Of a stretch of 32,000 bases of DNA, positions 7,816 through 17,691 are shown one piece after another (position 1 is the stretch's first letter; the number at the start of each line of letters is the position of its first letter). This DNA comes from Dickeya solani IPO 2222. GTDB lineage: Bacteria; Pseudomonadota; Gammaproteobacteria; Enterobacterales; Enterobacteriaceae. The notes under the pieces are model-generated. The model was not told the origin of the DNA and searched no databases. It saw only the letters and a list, made by a program, of their open reading frames with translations. Both the position numbers and the translations under genes were made by a program. The stretch covers positions 30,001 through 62,000 of the forward strand of contig NZ_CP015137.1 in assembly GCF_001644705.1 (NCBI RefSeq), in the 5' to 3' direction.

Positions 7816-9366
7816 ATGTCCGAATACTTGCAATTCTCACTCGGTGTTTTACCACTCCTGATAATGATCATTTTGATTTTGAAAATCAAAATGCCAATTC
7901 ACCATTCCGTCCTGATCACACTGGTTATCACGGCCATACTGAGCGTCACCGTCTGGCACACGTCGCTGCAAACGCTAAGTTCGGCTATCGGGTATGGGGT
8001 GATAAAGGGCTTATGGCCCATCATTATTGTGATCCTGGGCGCGATTTACAGCTATAACCTAATGCAGGAGACACGCAGCATGGATGTACTGCGTGACGTC
8101 CTGGCCAGTATCAGCGATGACAGGCGTATTCAGGTACTGTTGATTTCCTGGTGCTTTGGCGGTTTTCTTGAAGCGGCCGCAGGCTATGGTACTGCCGTTG
8201 CTATTCCCATCGGTATTCTGATCGCCCTCGGTTTCAACCCGCTGAAAGCCGCCATCGCGTCTCTGGTGGCAAACACCGTCCCTACGGCATTTGGCGCTGT
8301 CGGTATTCCGGTCTCAATTTTGGCTGAACAGGTACACCTGCCAGTTACGACACTCGGGGGCACAATTATTCTGCAACTGGCGCTGTTTAACATCCTGCTG
8401 CCTTTCATCATTATCGCCATCATCGGTGACGGTGTGAAAGCTATCCGGGGTGTAGTGGGTATCACACTGGCGTGTGGGATTACCACACTGATTCCGCAGT
8501 ATTTCGTCGCCGTTCATCTTGGCGCAGAACTTCCCGCGTTTGCGGGCAGCCTTGTCAGTCTGATTGCGGTAGCAGCGATGGGACGAGCGCGTAAGGGAAG
8601 AACCGATCCACACTATCTTATTCGGAATAGCAAATCATCGGGCGCGCTGCCTTCAGGCCGTGATTTACTAAAAGCCAGTTCTATTTATATTCTTATTTTT
8701 ACGTTCATTCTGCTCTGCTCCCCATTATTCCCAGGAATAAAGCACATCGTTGCGCATGTGACGTCCACGCTGTATTTCCCCTTGCCGGAGGGAAAAGCCC
8801 TGTCGCTGAAAATCGACTGGATTGCCACACCGGGCGTTCTCATCATTATTGCCACATTACTTGGCGGCTTTATTCAGGGCGCATCGTTGGGAAAAATGTT
8901 GCGCGTACTGGCTAGCACGATTAAGCAGTTGAAAAACTCCATTATCGCTATCACCACCATCGTAGCAATGGCAACCATTATGGACGTCAGTGGATTAATC
9001 GCCACTCTGGCGCAAACCATGGTGAATGTAACGGGCGGTGCTTATGTCTTTATCGCTCCCATCATCGGTGCACTGGGCACCTTCGTAACGGGAAGTGATA
9101 CCAACTCGAACGTACTCTTCGGAAAACTGCAGACGGTAGCGGCAGAAAAACTCCATATTGACCCCATCTGGCTGGCGGCCGCAAACACCTCAGGAGCAAC
9201 CGGCGGAAAAATGATCTCCCCGCAGAGTATCGCCATTGCGGTATCCGCGACCCGGATGGATGGACAAGGCAGTGCCATCATGGCAGGTACACTGAAATAC
9301 TGTACCGCCTACATATTCATTCTCGGGTTAAAAGTAGGACTGATTTATTACCTGTTTCTTTCCTGA
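7816..9366 (+). CDS. lldP: L-lactate permease (LctP/LldP family)
   Basis: 516-aa polytopic membrane protein. The stretches GLWPIIIVILGAIYSYNLMQETR...ISWCFGGFLEAAAGYGTAVAIPIGILIALGF...ANTVPTAFGAVGIPV...GALGTFVTGSDTNSNVLFG are typical LctP-family blocks. AGGGA lies 5 nt upstream of the ATG. It sits immediately upstream of lutABC. Confidence 0.88.
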   Translation: MSEYLQFSLGVLPLLIMIILILKIKMPIHHSVLITLVITAILSVTVWHTSLQTLSSAIGYGVIKGLWPIIIVILGAIYSYNLMQETRSMDVLRDVLASISDDRRIQVLLISWCFGGFLEAAAGYGTAVAIPIGILIALGFNPLKAAIASLVANTVPTAFGAVGIPVSILAEQVHLPVTTLGGTIILQLALFNILLPFIIIAIIGDGVKAIRGVVGITLACGITTLIPQYFVAVHLGAELPAFAGSLVSLIAVAAMGRARKGRTDPHYLIRNSKSSGALPSGRDLLKASSIYILIFTFILLCSPLFPGIKHIVAHVTSTLYFPLPEGKALSLKIDWIATPGVLIIIATLLGGFIQGASLGKMLRVLASTIKQLKNSIIAITTIVAMATIMDVSGLIATLAQTMVNVTGGAYVFIAPIIGALGTFVTGSDTNSNVLFGKLQTVAAEKLHIDPIWLAAANTSGATGGKMISPQSIAIAVSATRMDGQGSAIMAGTLKYCTAYIFILGLKVGLIYYLFLS

Positions 9367-9400
9367 ACCTGTTTCTGTCCTGAACCTGTTTATTTTCCGA
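9351..9400. repeat. 17-bp tandem repeat x3 spanning the lldP stop codon
   Basis: CCTGTTTCTTTCCTGAA (9351-9367, contains the real TGA at 9364-9366), CCTGTTTCTGTCCTGAA (9368-9384), and CCTGTTTATTTTCCGA (9385-9400, degenerate). Confidence 0.9.
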
Positions 9401-9466
9401 CCAAAAGCGCCATGCCATAACGTCTAATCATAAAAACAATCTTGCCTACTGTACTGGAGGGGTGTC

Positions 9467-10186
9467 GTGAATGTTAATTTTTTTGTGACCTGCATAGGCG
9501 ATGCGCTTAAATCGCGTATGGCACGTGATTCCGTGTTGCTGCTGGAGCACTTAGGGTGTCAGGTGAATTTTCCTGAAAAACAAGGGTGTTGTGGTCAACC
9601 AGCACTCAACAGCGGTTATGTTAATGATGCGATTCCCGGGATGAAAAACCTGATTGTGGCGCTGGAGGAAAACGACGACCCGATCATCTCCCCTGCGGGT
9701 TCTTGCACCTACGCCATCAAAAGTTACGCCACCTGGCTTGCTGACGAACCGGAGTGGGCTCAGCGTGCCGGGAACGTCGCCGCACGCATGTACGATCTGA
9801 CCTCTTTTATCGTCAATACGCTGGGTGTCGTAGACGTGGGGGCCCGTTTACCCGGTAAGGCAGTTTACCATCCTTCCTGTAGCCTGTTTCGCAAAATGGG
9901 AGTGAAAGAAGAACCGCTGGCACTGCTGAAGCACGTTGATGATCTAACGCTGCTGCCATTTCAGGCGCCAGAAACCTGCTGCGGTTTCGGTGGCACGTTC
10001 TCGGTAAAAATGGCGGAGATTTCCGGTGAAATGGTGAAAGAAAAAGTCAGCCATATTATGGATGCCCGACCGGATTACCTCATCGGTGCCGATGTCAGTT
10101 GTCTGCTCAATATCGGCGGGCGTCTGCAACGCGAGGGACACCCCGTCAAGGTGATGCATATTGCCGAAGTGTTGATGAGCCGCTGA
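9467..10186 (+). CDS. lutA: Lactate utilisation protein A (YkgE; CCG-domain Fe-S oxidoreductase)
   Basis: GTG start with GGAGGGG upstream. MNVNFFVTCIGDALKSRMARDSVLLLEHLGCQVNFPEKQGCCGQP...CCGFGGTFSVKMAEISGEMVKEKV...IGADVSCLLNIGGRLQREG...VMHIAEVLMSR is near-identical to E. coli YkgE as I remember it. Confidence 0.93.
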   Translation: MNVNFFVTCIGDALKSRMARDSVLLLEHLGCQVNFPEKQGCCGQPALNSGYVNDAIPGMKNLIVALEENDDPIISPAGSCTYAIKSYATWLADEPEWAQRAGNVAARMYDLTSFIVNTLGVVDVGARLPGKAVYHPSCSLFRKMGVKEEPLALLKHVDDLTLLPFQAPETCCGFGGTFSVKMAEISGEMVKEKVSHIMDARPDYLIGADVSCLLNIGGRLQREGHPVKVMHIAEVLMSR

Positions 10187-10197
10187 GGAGGTCTGCA

Positions 10198-11619
10198 ATG
10201 TATTTAAAAACCAGCAACACTGCTTTCAAAGAGCGCATCAAACAACAGATTGATGATCCCATTATGCGTAACGCGGTCGCTAACGCGCAGGAGCGCATTG
10301 GCGCCAACCGCCAGAAAATGGTCGATGAACTGGGGCACTGGGAAGACTGGCGCGAACGCGCAAGCCAAATCCGCGAACATGTACTGGCAAATCTGGATGC
10401 CTATCTCTACCAGCTCTCAGAACGAGTCAGCGCCAACGGTGGCCACGTTTTTTTCGCCAAAACCAAAGAGGACGCTACCGATTATATCCTGCAAGTCGCC
10501 CGGTCGAAGCAGGCCAAAAAAGTGGTCAAAGCCAAATCGATGGTAACCGAAGAGATTGGGATGAACCATGTCCTGCAGGAAGCCGGTATCCAGGTGATTG
10601 AAACCGACCTTGGCGAGTACATTCTGCAACTCGACGGTGACCCGCCCTCACATATCGTCGTGCCGGCCATTCATAAAGATCGCCATCAGATTCAGCGCGT
10701 ATTGCGCGAAAAACTTGGCTATGACGGACCGGAAACCCCGGAAGCCATGACATTGTTCATCCGCCAAAAGATCCGTCAGGATTTCCTGAGTGCCGAGGTC
10801 GGTGTGACCGGCTGTAACTTCGCCGTGGCGGAAACAGGCTCGGTTTGTCTGGTGACCAATGAAGGCAACGCCCGTATGTGTACCACGCTACCGAAAACGC
10901 ATATCGCGGTAATGGGAATGGAGCGTATCGCCCCCACGTTTGAAGAGGTGGATGTACTCATCACCATGCTGGCCCGTAGTGCAGTCGGTGCTCGCCTGAC
11001 GGGGTACAATACCTGGCTCACCGGCCCCCGCGAAACGGGTAATGTGGATGGTCCGGAGGAGTTCCACCTGGTTATTGTCGATAACGGCCGTTCTACGGTA
11101 CTGGGCTCCCAATTTCAGGAAATATTGCGCTGTATTCGTTGTGGCGCCTGTATGAATACCTGCCCAGCCTACCGCCATATCGGTGGTCACGGATACGGTT
11201 CTATCTACCCCGGCCCTATCGGCGCAGTCATCTCCCCCCTGCTGGGCGGTTATGATGATTTTAAAGATCTGCCTTACGCCTGTTCGCTGTGTACTGCCTG
11301 TGACAGCGTATGTCCGGTAAAAATTCCGTTGTCCAGACTGATACTGGAGCACCGGCGTGTCATGGCGGAAGGGGGGCTCACGCCGAAAGGCGAGCAGAGA
11401 GCGATTAAGCTGTTCGCTTATGCCAACAGCCATCCGAGGTTATGGAAAGTCGGCATGATAGCGGGCGCGCATGCCGCCAGGTGGTTCATCAAGGATGGCA
11501 AAATACCACTCAATATTGGGGCGATCGGCGAATGGACGCAAGCGCGTGATTTGCCGCAAGCCGATGGTGAAAGTTTCCGCTCCTGGTTTAAAAAACACAA
11601 AGCGCAGGGAAATCAATGA
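10198..11619 (+). CDS. lutB: Lactate utilisation protein B (YkgF; 4Fe-4S ferredoxin-type)
   Basis: The ATG at 10198 is preceded by GAGGAGG. MYLKTSNTAFKERIKQQIDDPIMRNAVANAQERIGANRQKMVDELGHWEDWR... matches YkgF. There are two Cys clusters, CIRCGACMNTCP and CSLCTACDSVCP. The track start at 10099 would overlap lutA and is rejected. Confidence 0.93.
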   Translation: MYLKTSNTAFKERIKQQIDDPIMRNAVANAQERIGANRQKMVDELGHWEDWRERASQIREHVLANLDAYLYQLSERVSANGGHVFFAKTKEDATDYILQVARSKQAKKVVKAKSMVTEEIGMNHVLQEAGIQVIETDLGEYILQLDGDPPSHIVVPAIHKDRHQIQRVLREKLGYDGPETPEAMTLFIRQKIRQDFLSAEVGVTGCNFAVAETGSVCLVTNEGNARMCTTLPKTHIAVMGMERIAPTFEEVDVLITMLARSAVGARLTGYNTWLTGPRETGNVDGPEEFHLVIVDNGRSTVLGSQFQEILRCIRCGACMNTCPAYRHIGGHGYGSIYPGPIGAVISPLLGGYDDFKDLPYACSLCTACDSVCPVKIPLSRLILEHRRVMAEGGLTPKGEQRAIKLFAYANSHPRLWKVGMIAGAHAARWFIKDGKIPLNIGAIGEWTQARDLPQADGESFRSWFKKHKAQGNQ

Positions 11620-12314
11620 TGAATCACAGAGACGAATTTTTAGCTGACATCGCCAAAGCACTAGGCCGGGATGTTCGTCATATTCCCTCTCCGCCGCCGG
11701 TTCCGGTCAATGATTATGCCCACACTCGTCTGACTGAACTCGACGCACAGCAACGCTGCGACGCGTTCATTGAATTTGCCACCAACGTCATGCTGGTGCA
11801 CTGTGAATTGACCACCGACGTTGATGCGCCTGAGGCGACATTGCGTTTGTGCGAACGCTATGGACGCGAACCCGTGCTGATCAGCGGCGATGATCGACTG
11901 GCGGCATTGGGTATCACTGCCCGGCTACAGGAAGTCTGCGATGCGGTCGTCTGGGACTCAGCGCATGGCGAGGAGAATATCCGGCTGGCAGAGCAAGCCA
12001 AAGTAGGCGTGGTATACGCGGAATATGGCTTAACCGAGTCCGGAGGAGTGGTGTTGTTTTCTGCGCCGGAACGTGGCCGCGCGATCAGTTTACTGCCAGA
12101 ATCATCGATTTTTGTCCTGCGCAAAAGTACTATTTTGCCACGTGTGGCACAACTGGCGCGTCGACTGCATCAGATAGCCCAGCAGGGCACGCGAATGCCT
12201 TCCTGTATCAATCTGATCGGTGGCCCTAGCTCCACGGCCGACATTGAGCTTATCAAGGTGGTAGGGGTACACGGCCCAGTGAACGCAGCGTATCTGATCA
12301 TAGAAGACTGTTAA
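11616..12314 (+). CDS. lutC: Lactate utilisation protein C (YkgG; LUD domain)
   Basis: The start overlaps the lutB stop (ATGATG at 11616). ...QQRCDAFIEFATNVML...KVGVVYAEYGLTESGGVVLFSAPERGRAISLLPESSIFVLRKSTILPRVAQLA...MPSCINLIGGPSSTADIELIKVVGVHGPVNAAYLIIEDC matches E. coli YkgG. Confidence 0.92.
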   Translation: MMNHRDEFLADIAKALGRDVRHIPSPPPVPVNDYAHTRLTELDAQQRCDAFIEFATNVMLVHCELTTDVDAPEATLRLCERYGREPVLISGDDRLAALGITARLQEVCDAVVWDSAHGEENIRLAEQAKVGVVYAEYGLTESGGVVLFSAPERGRAISLLPESSIFVLRKSTILPRVAQLARRLHQIAQQGTRMPSCINLIGGPSSTADIELIKVVGVHGPVNAAYLIIEDC

Positions 12315-12414
12315 CAACCACAGGATGCCCCTTGCGCCGAAGCCGAATTAGCGTCGGACAAGGGGTCATAATAGCGGCGGGCCTGTCCGGTTTTAGCGCT
12401 ACGCCGCCAGCCGT

Positions 12415-15400
12415 TTATCCCTCAATCTGCGCCATCGCCTGCAAAATGCGTTTATCGGAAACCGGATAAGGCGTGCCGAGCTGCTGGGCGAAGTAGCTGA
12501 CGCGCAGTTCTTCGATCATCCAACGGATCGCTTTCACGTCGTCGTCTTCCCGTCGCTCCGGCGGCAGCTTGTTCAGCCACTGCTGCCAGGCCTGCTGCAC
12601 CTGCTCCACTTTCAGCATTTGCGCGCGATCGCGATGGACATCCTGCGCCAGTTTATCCAGCCGACGCTCGATGGCCTGCAGATAGCGCAGCACATCCGGC
12701 AGCCGTTTCCAGCCGTTGTCAGTCACGAAACCGCGGAACACCAGCCCGCTCATCTGGCTTTTGATGTCGCTCAAGGCCAACGCCAGCGCCATATCCACCC
12801 GACCTTTGAGCCGTTTGTTGATATTGAATACTGTGGTTAAAATCTGCTCCACCTGCCGGGCGATATCCACCACCGTATCGTTCAGTTCCGCCCGTACTCG
12901 CTCGTGCAACTGACGGAAGGCGTCTTCCTGCCACACCGGGCCGCCCGCTACCGCCATCAACTTGTCCACGCCGCAGGCGATGCAATCGTCGATCAGCTCC
13001 AGCACCTTGCCGTACGGATTGAAATACAGCCCCAGCTTGGCCTTGTTAGGCAGCTTTTCGTGCAGGTACTTGATGGGAGAAGGAATGTTCAGCAACAGCA
13101 GGCGGCGCTGACCGCGCCACATCATCTGTTGCTGCTGGTGCGGTGTATCGAACAGACGAATCGCCACGCTGTCTTTCTCATCCACCAGCGCCGGGTAGGC
13201 TTTTACCGCGTAGCCGCCGCGTTTCTGCTCGTAACGCTCCGGCAAATCGCCAAAACTCCAGATATGCAGATCACGCTGTTCGATGCCGTCATCCGCCACC
13301 GCCGACAGCGTTTGCTGCACCTTCTCCTGCAACTGATCTTTCAGCGCCCGCAGACTCTTGCCTTCCCGCAGCGCGCGGCTTTTCTCATCCAGCACCCGGA
13401 AGGTCATTTTCAGATGATCGGGCACCTGTTCCCACTGCCAGGCTTCGCGATCGACCGTCACGCCGGTCATCAGCCGCAGCTCGCGCTCCAGCGCTTCCAG
13501 CAACCCTTTCTCCAGCGGCGTCACCCGCGCCAGAAACGCTTCGGCATAGTTGGGCGCCGGCACGAAGTTGCGCCGTATCGGTTTGGGCAGCGATTTGATC
13601 AACGCCACCACCACCTCTCGACGCAGCCCCGGAATCTGCCATTCGAACCCGTCTTCTTTTACCTGATTCAACACCGGCAGCGGGATATGCACGGTGACGC
13701 CGTCGGCGTCCGCCCCCGGTTCGAACTGGTAGGTGAGACGCAAACGCAGCTCGCCCTGCTGCCAGTGGTTCGGATAGTCCAACGCGCTGACGCGCTCCGC
13801 CCCGTCTTTGATCAGCATTGCCTTCTCGAAATTCAGCTGCTCCGGGTCGGTTTTCGACGCCTGTTTCCACCAGTTGTCAAAATGGCGGCTCGATACCACA
13901 TCGTGAGGAAGGCGCTGCTCGTAGAACGCAAACAACATCTCGTCATCCACCAGAATATCGCGGCGGCGGGACTTGTTCTCCAGTTCCTCTACTTCCGATC
14001 GCAGTTTCTGATTGGCGCGGAAAAAAGCGTGCTGGGTCTGCCAGTCGCCTTCCACCAGCGCATGGCGAATGAACAGCTCGCGCGACACCACCGGGTCAAT
14101 GGCGCCGTAATTCACCTTGCGGGCCGCCACCAGCGGCAGACCGTACAGCGTGACCTTTTCCTGCGCCATCACCGCGCCCTGCGCTTTCTCCCAGTGCGGC
14201 TCGCTGTAGCTGCGTTTGATCAGATGCTGCGCCAGCGGTTCAACCCATTCCGGTTCGATGCGGGCGGCGATGCGTCCCCACAGGCGGCTGGTTTCCACCA
14301 GTTCCGCCACCATGGTCCACTTCGGCGGCTTTTTAAACAGCCCCGAGCCGGGAAAAATGGCGAAACGGGTGTTGCGTGCTCCGCTGAATTCCTGTTTTTC
14401 CACATCTTTTTGCCCGATGTGGGACAGCAACCCGGTCAGTAGCGCACCGTGCAGGCTACGGTAATCCGCCGGTTCGCTGTTGACCGGGAAGCCCAGTTCT
14501 TTTACCACCTGGCGCAACTGGGTGTAGATATCCTGCCATTCCCGCACCCGCAGGTAGTTGAGGTAATCGCTGCGGCACAGTCTGCGAAACTGGCTGGACG
14601 ACAGCGCTTTCTGCTGCTCTTGCAAGTAATCCCACAGGTTGACGAAGGCCAGAAAATCGGACTCTTTGTCGACGAAACGGCGGTGTTTCTCCTCCGCCGC
14701 CTGCTTTTTCTCCACCGGGCGCTCGCGTGGGTCCTGAATCGACAACGCCGCGGTGATGATCATCACTTCGCGCACGCAGCTGGTCTGGCGCGCTTCCAAC
14801 ACCATGCGCGCCAGTCGTGGGTCGATAGGCAACTGCGCCAGCTGGCGCCCCTGCGGCGTCAGCTGGTAATGGCCGTCCTCGCTGCTCTGGAGCGCGCTCA
14901 GTTCTTCCAGCAGCCGCACCCCATCCTGAATGTTGCGCTTGTCCGGAGCTTCAACAAACGGAAACGCCGCGATATCGCCCAGCCCCAACGCCGTCATCTG
15001 CAGAATGACCGACGCCAGATTGGTGCGCAAAATTTCCGGGTCGGTAAACGGCGGCCGGGAGAGGAAATCCTGCTCGGAATAGAGCCGAATGCAGATGCCT
15101 GCCGCCACACGGCCGCAACGCCCTTTGCGCTGGTTGGCGGAAGCCTGCGACACCGGTTCGATCGGCAACCGCTGCACCTTGGTGCGATAGCTGTAGCGGC
15201 TGATGCGTGCGGTGCCGGGGTCAATCACGTAACGAATGCCCGGCACCGTCAGCGAGGTTTCCGCCACGTTGGTCGCCAGCACGATGCGCCGCCCGTGGTG
15301 AGACTGGAACACCCGGTTCTGTTCCTGGTTGGAGAGCCGCGCGTACAGCGGCAAAATCTCGGTATGCGGCAAGTCCTGCTTGTTCAGCGCATCGGCGGTA

Positions 15401-16302
15401 TCGCGGATTTCCCGCTCGCCGCTCATGAACACCAGAATATCGCCCGGCCCTTCACGGCACAGCTCGTCCACCGCATCCAGAATCGCCTGCAACTGGTCAC
15501 GGTCGCTGTCCTGCGCCTCTTCCACCACCGGCCGGTAACGGACATCCACCGGATAGGTTCGTCCGGACACTTCAATAATCGGCGCATTGCCGAAATGGCG
15601 CGAAAAACGCTGCGGATCAATGGTGGCGGAGGTGATGATCACCTTGAGGTCCGGCCGTCTGGGCAGCAGTTGCTTGAGGTAACCGAGAATAAAGTCAATG
15701 TTGAGACTGCGTTCGTGCGCCTCGTCGATGATCAGCGTGTCGTACTGCATCAACAGCCTGTCCTGCTGAATCTCCGCCAGCAGAATACCGTCCGTCATCA
15801 GTTTGACCAGCGTGTTGTCGCCGACCTGATCGTTGAATCGCACCTTGTAACCCACCGTGCTGCCCAGCGATGTCTCCAGCTCCGCCGCAATGCGATCGGC
15901 CACGCTGCGGGCCGCCAGCCGACGAGGCTGAGTATGACCGATCAGCCCGGTGACGCCGCGGCCCAGTTCCAGACACATCTTTGGCAACTGGGTGGTTTTG
16001 CCGGAACCGGTTTCCCCGGCCACGATCACCACCTGATGATCACGGATGGCGCTGAGGATGGCCTCACGTTTCTGGCTGACCGGCAATGCTTCCGGGTAGC
16101 TTATCGCCGGCAACGATGCCCTGCGCTGCTCCACCCGCAGGCGCGCGGCGTCGATCTCCTGGCTGATGTCCTGCGCAATCGAAACCTGTGCCTGTGGATT
16201 TCCCACTTTCATCGCGCCTTGCAGACGGCGACGCAGGCGTTGCCGGTCGCGCAGCATTAGCGCATTAAGCTGAGGTTCTAACGCATGGAGAGGTGATGTC
16301 AC
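12415..16302 (-). CDS. hrpA: ATP-dependent DEAH-box RNA helicase HrpA
   Basis: 1295 aa. Helicase motifs are GETGSGKTTQLPK, LIIDEAHERSLNIDF, ITSATID, TNVAETSLTVPGIRYVIDPG and QRKGRCGRV. The N-terminus ...LNALMLRDRQRLRRRLQG... parallels E. coli HrpA. It is divergent from azoR, as in E. coli. Confidence 0.95.
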   Translation of the reverse strand: MTSPLHALEPQLNALMLRDRQRLRRRLQGAMKVGNPQAQVSIAQDISQEIDAARLRVEQRRASLPAISYPEALPVSQKREAILSAIRDHQVVIVAGETGSGKTTQLPKMCLELGRGVTGLIGHTQPRRLAARSVADRIAAELETSLGSTVGYKVRFNDQVGDNTLVKLMTDGILLAEIQQDRLLMQYDTLIIDEAHERSLNIDFILGYLKQLLPRRPDLKVIITSATIDPQRFSRHFGNAPIIEVSGRTYPVDVRYRPVVEEAQDSDRDQLQAILDAVDELCREGPGDILVFMSGEREIRDTADALNKQDLPHTEILPLYARLSNQEQNRVFQSHHGRRIVLATNVAETSLTVPGIRYVIDPGTARISRYSYRTKVQRLPIEPVSQASANQRKGRCGRVAAGICIRLYSEQDFLSRPPFTDPEILRTNLASVILQMTALGLGDIAAFPFVEAPDKRNIQDGVRLLEELSALQSSEDGHYQLTPQGRQLAQLPIDPRLARMVLEARQTSCVREVMIITAALSIQDPRERPVEKKQAAEEKHRRFVDKESDFLAFVNLWDYLQEQQKALSSSQFRRLCRSDYLNYLRVREWQDIYTQLRQVVKELGFPVNSEPADYRSLHGALLTGLLSHIGQKDVEKQEFSGARNTRFAIFPGSGLFKKPPKWTMVAELVETSRLWGRIAARIEPEWVEPLAQHLIKRSYSEPHWEKAQGAVMAQEKVTLYGLPLVAARKVNYGAIDPVVSRELFIRHALVEGDWQTQHAFFRANQKLRSEVEELENKSRRRDILVDDEMLFAFYEQRLPHDVVSSRHFDNWWKQASKTDPEQLNFEKAMLIKDGAERVSALDYPNHWQQGELRLRLTYQFEPGADADGVTVHIPLPVLNQVKEDGFEWQIPGLRREVVVALIKSLPKPIRRNFVPAPNYAEAFLARVTPLEKGLLEALERELRLMTGVTVDREAWQWEQVPDHLKMTFRVLDEKSRALREGKSLRALKDQLQEKVQQTLSAVADDGIEQRDLHIWSFGDLPERYEQKRGGYAVKAYPALVDEKDSVAIRLFDTPHQQQQMMWRGQRRLLLLNIPSPIKYLHEKLPNKAKLGLYFNPYGKVLELIDDCIACGVDKLMAVAGGPVWQEDAFRQLHERVRAELNDTVVDIARQVEQILTTVFNINKRLKGRVDMALALALSDIKSQMSGLVFRGFVTDNGWKRLPDVLRYLQAIERRLDKLAQDVHRDRAQMLKVEQVQQAWQQWLNKLPPERREDDDVKAIRWMIEELRVSYFAQQLGTPYPVSDKRILQAMAQIEG

Positions 16303-16372
16303 GGTGCAATTCCTTACTGTCTGATTCCGGGTACGGTTGAACCAGGTCGATCAACGGTCCGGCGCCCTGCTC

Positions 16373-16438
16373 GTACTGTGGGTATAACCTGCTTGTACTG
16401 TGGGTATAACCTGCTTGTACTGTGGGTATAACCTGATT
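16373..16438. repeat. 22-bp tandem repeat x3 in the hrpA-azoR intergenic region
   Basis: GTACTGTGGGTATAACCTGCTT occurs at 16373 and 16395 (identical copies) and at 16417 (one mismatch). Confidence 0.95.
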
Positions 16439-16447
16439 GTATTTCAG

Positions 16448-16519
16448 GCATAAATTGTATTGCCGGCATAAATTGTACTGCCAGCATAAATTGTACTGCC
16501 GGCATAAATAGTGCGGCGG
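16448..16519. repeat. 18-bp tandem repeat x4, immediately following the 22-bp array
   Basis: GCATAAATTGTA(C/T)TGCC(G/A) occurs at 16448, 16466 and 16484; a degenerate copy GCATAAATAGTGCGGCGG starts at 16502. Confidence 0.95.
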
Positions 16520-16590
16520 GCATGGTATCACATTGACCGCGCAGGCTATACGCCATCAGGCGGGATTCCGTCGCACGTGCTGTGGTCTGA

Positions 16591-17322
<732 letters not shown>

Positions 17323-17418
17323 CGGTTACGACTTAACTACCCTCATACTCGCCGCCGTGTTGCCTTGACAGCAACGTTGATCTAACAACGGACATCGTGC
17401 CACTGCACACGGCGGATT

Positions 17419-17676
17419 TCAGTCTTCCTGTTTCTTATCTTGCAATCTGGCTTTTTCTTGCGCGTCTGTCGGCGCGCTTTTCTTTATTTGATCGCCCATG
17501 CGGTTCTCCGACTTCTCCAGCAGTTGCACCGTCTCTTTATCCGTGCGGATGCGAATGTCGTGCTCAATGCGCACATTCATGTTGATGGTGATCGGTTCTT
17601 TCGGCGCCGCCACCTCAATGCGCGGGGTGCAACCGGCCAGCAACACGGCAGCTATCGCGGCACAGGCTGTTTTCAT
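17419..17676 (-). CDS. ynbE: YnbE-family lipoprotein with an extra charged C-terminal tail
   Basis: The ATG at 17676 is preceded by GGGGGA. MKTACAAIAAVLLAGCTPRIEVAAPKEPITINMNVRIEHDIRIR... has the lipobox LLAGC and the conserved YnbE core. It lies directly downstream of ydbH, as in E. coli. It is 85 aa, against about 61 aa recalled for E. coli. Confidence 0.8.
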   Translation of the reverse strand: MKTACAAIAAVLLAGCTPRIEVAAPKEPITINMNVRIEHDIRIRTDKETVQLLEKSENRMGDQIKKSAPTDAQEKARLQDKKQED

Positions 17677-17691
17677 TTCATCCCCCTTCTT

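Noticed and set aside
10099-10197. Upstream start for lutB that overlaps the end of lutA.
   Set aside because: The ATG at 10198 has a strong GAGGAGG SD and reproduces the YkgF N-terminus. The extension would overlap lutA by 88 nt.
12904-16260. Two very long plus-strand ORFs (512 aa at 12904-14442 and 603 aa at 14449-16260) antisense to hrpA.
   Set aside because: Their products are low-complexity Arg/Gln/His/Pro-rich strings with no motifs. They lie entirely inside a well-supported, motif-complete helicase gene. In GC3-rich genes the sense codons whose complements are stops (TTA, CTA, TCA) are rare, so long antisense ORFs are expected.
16371-16519. Possible CRISPR array in the hrpA-azoR spacer.
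   Set aside because: The repeats are directly abutting with no unique spacers. The units are only 18-22 bp, there are no cas genes, and the array is only ~150 bp long. It is a plain tandem repeat.
17352-17415. Long-range inverted repeat CCGCCGTGT ... ACACGGCGG between azoR and ynbE, considered as a REP-like or mobile element.
   Set aside because: It is most simply a bidirectional terminator structure between convergent genes. There are no flanking direct repeats and no similarity to the other hairpins in the window.
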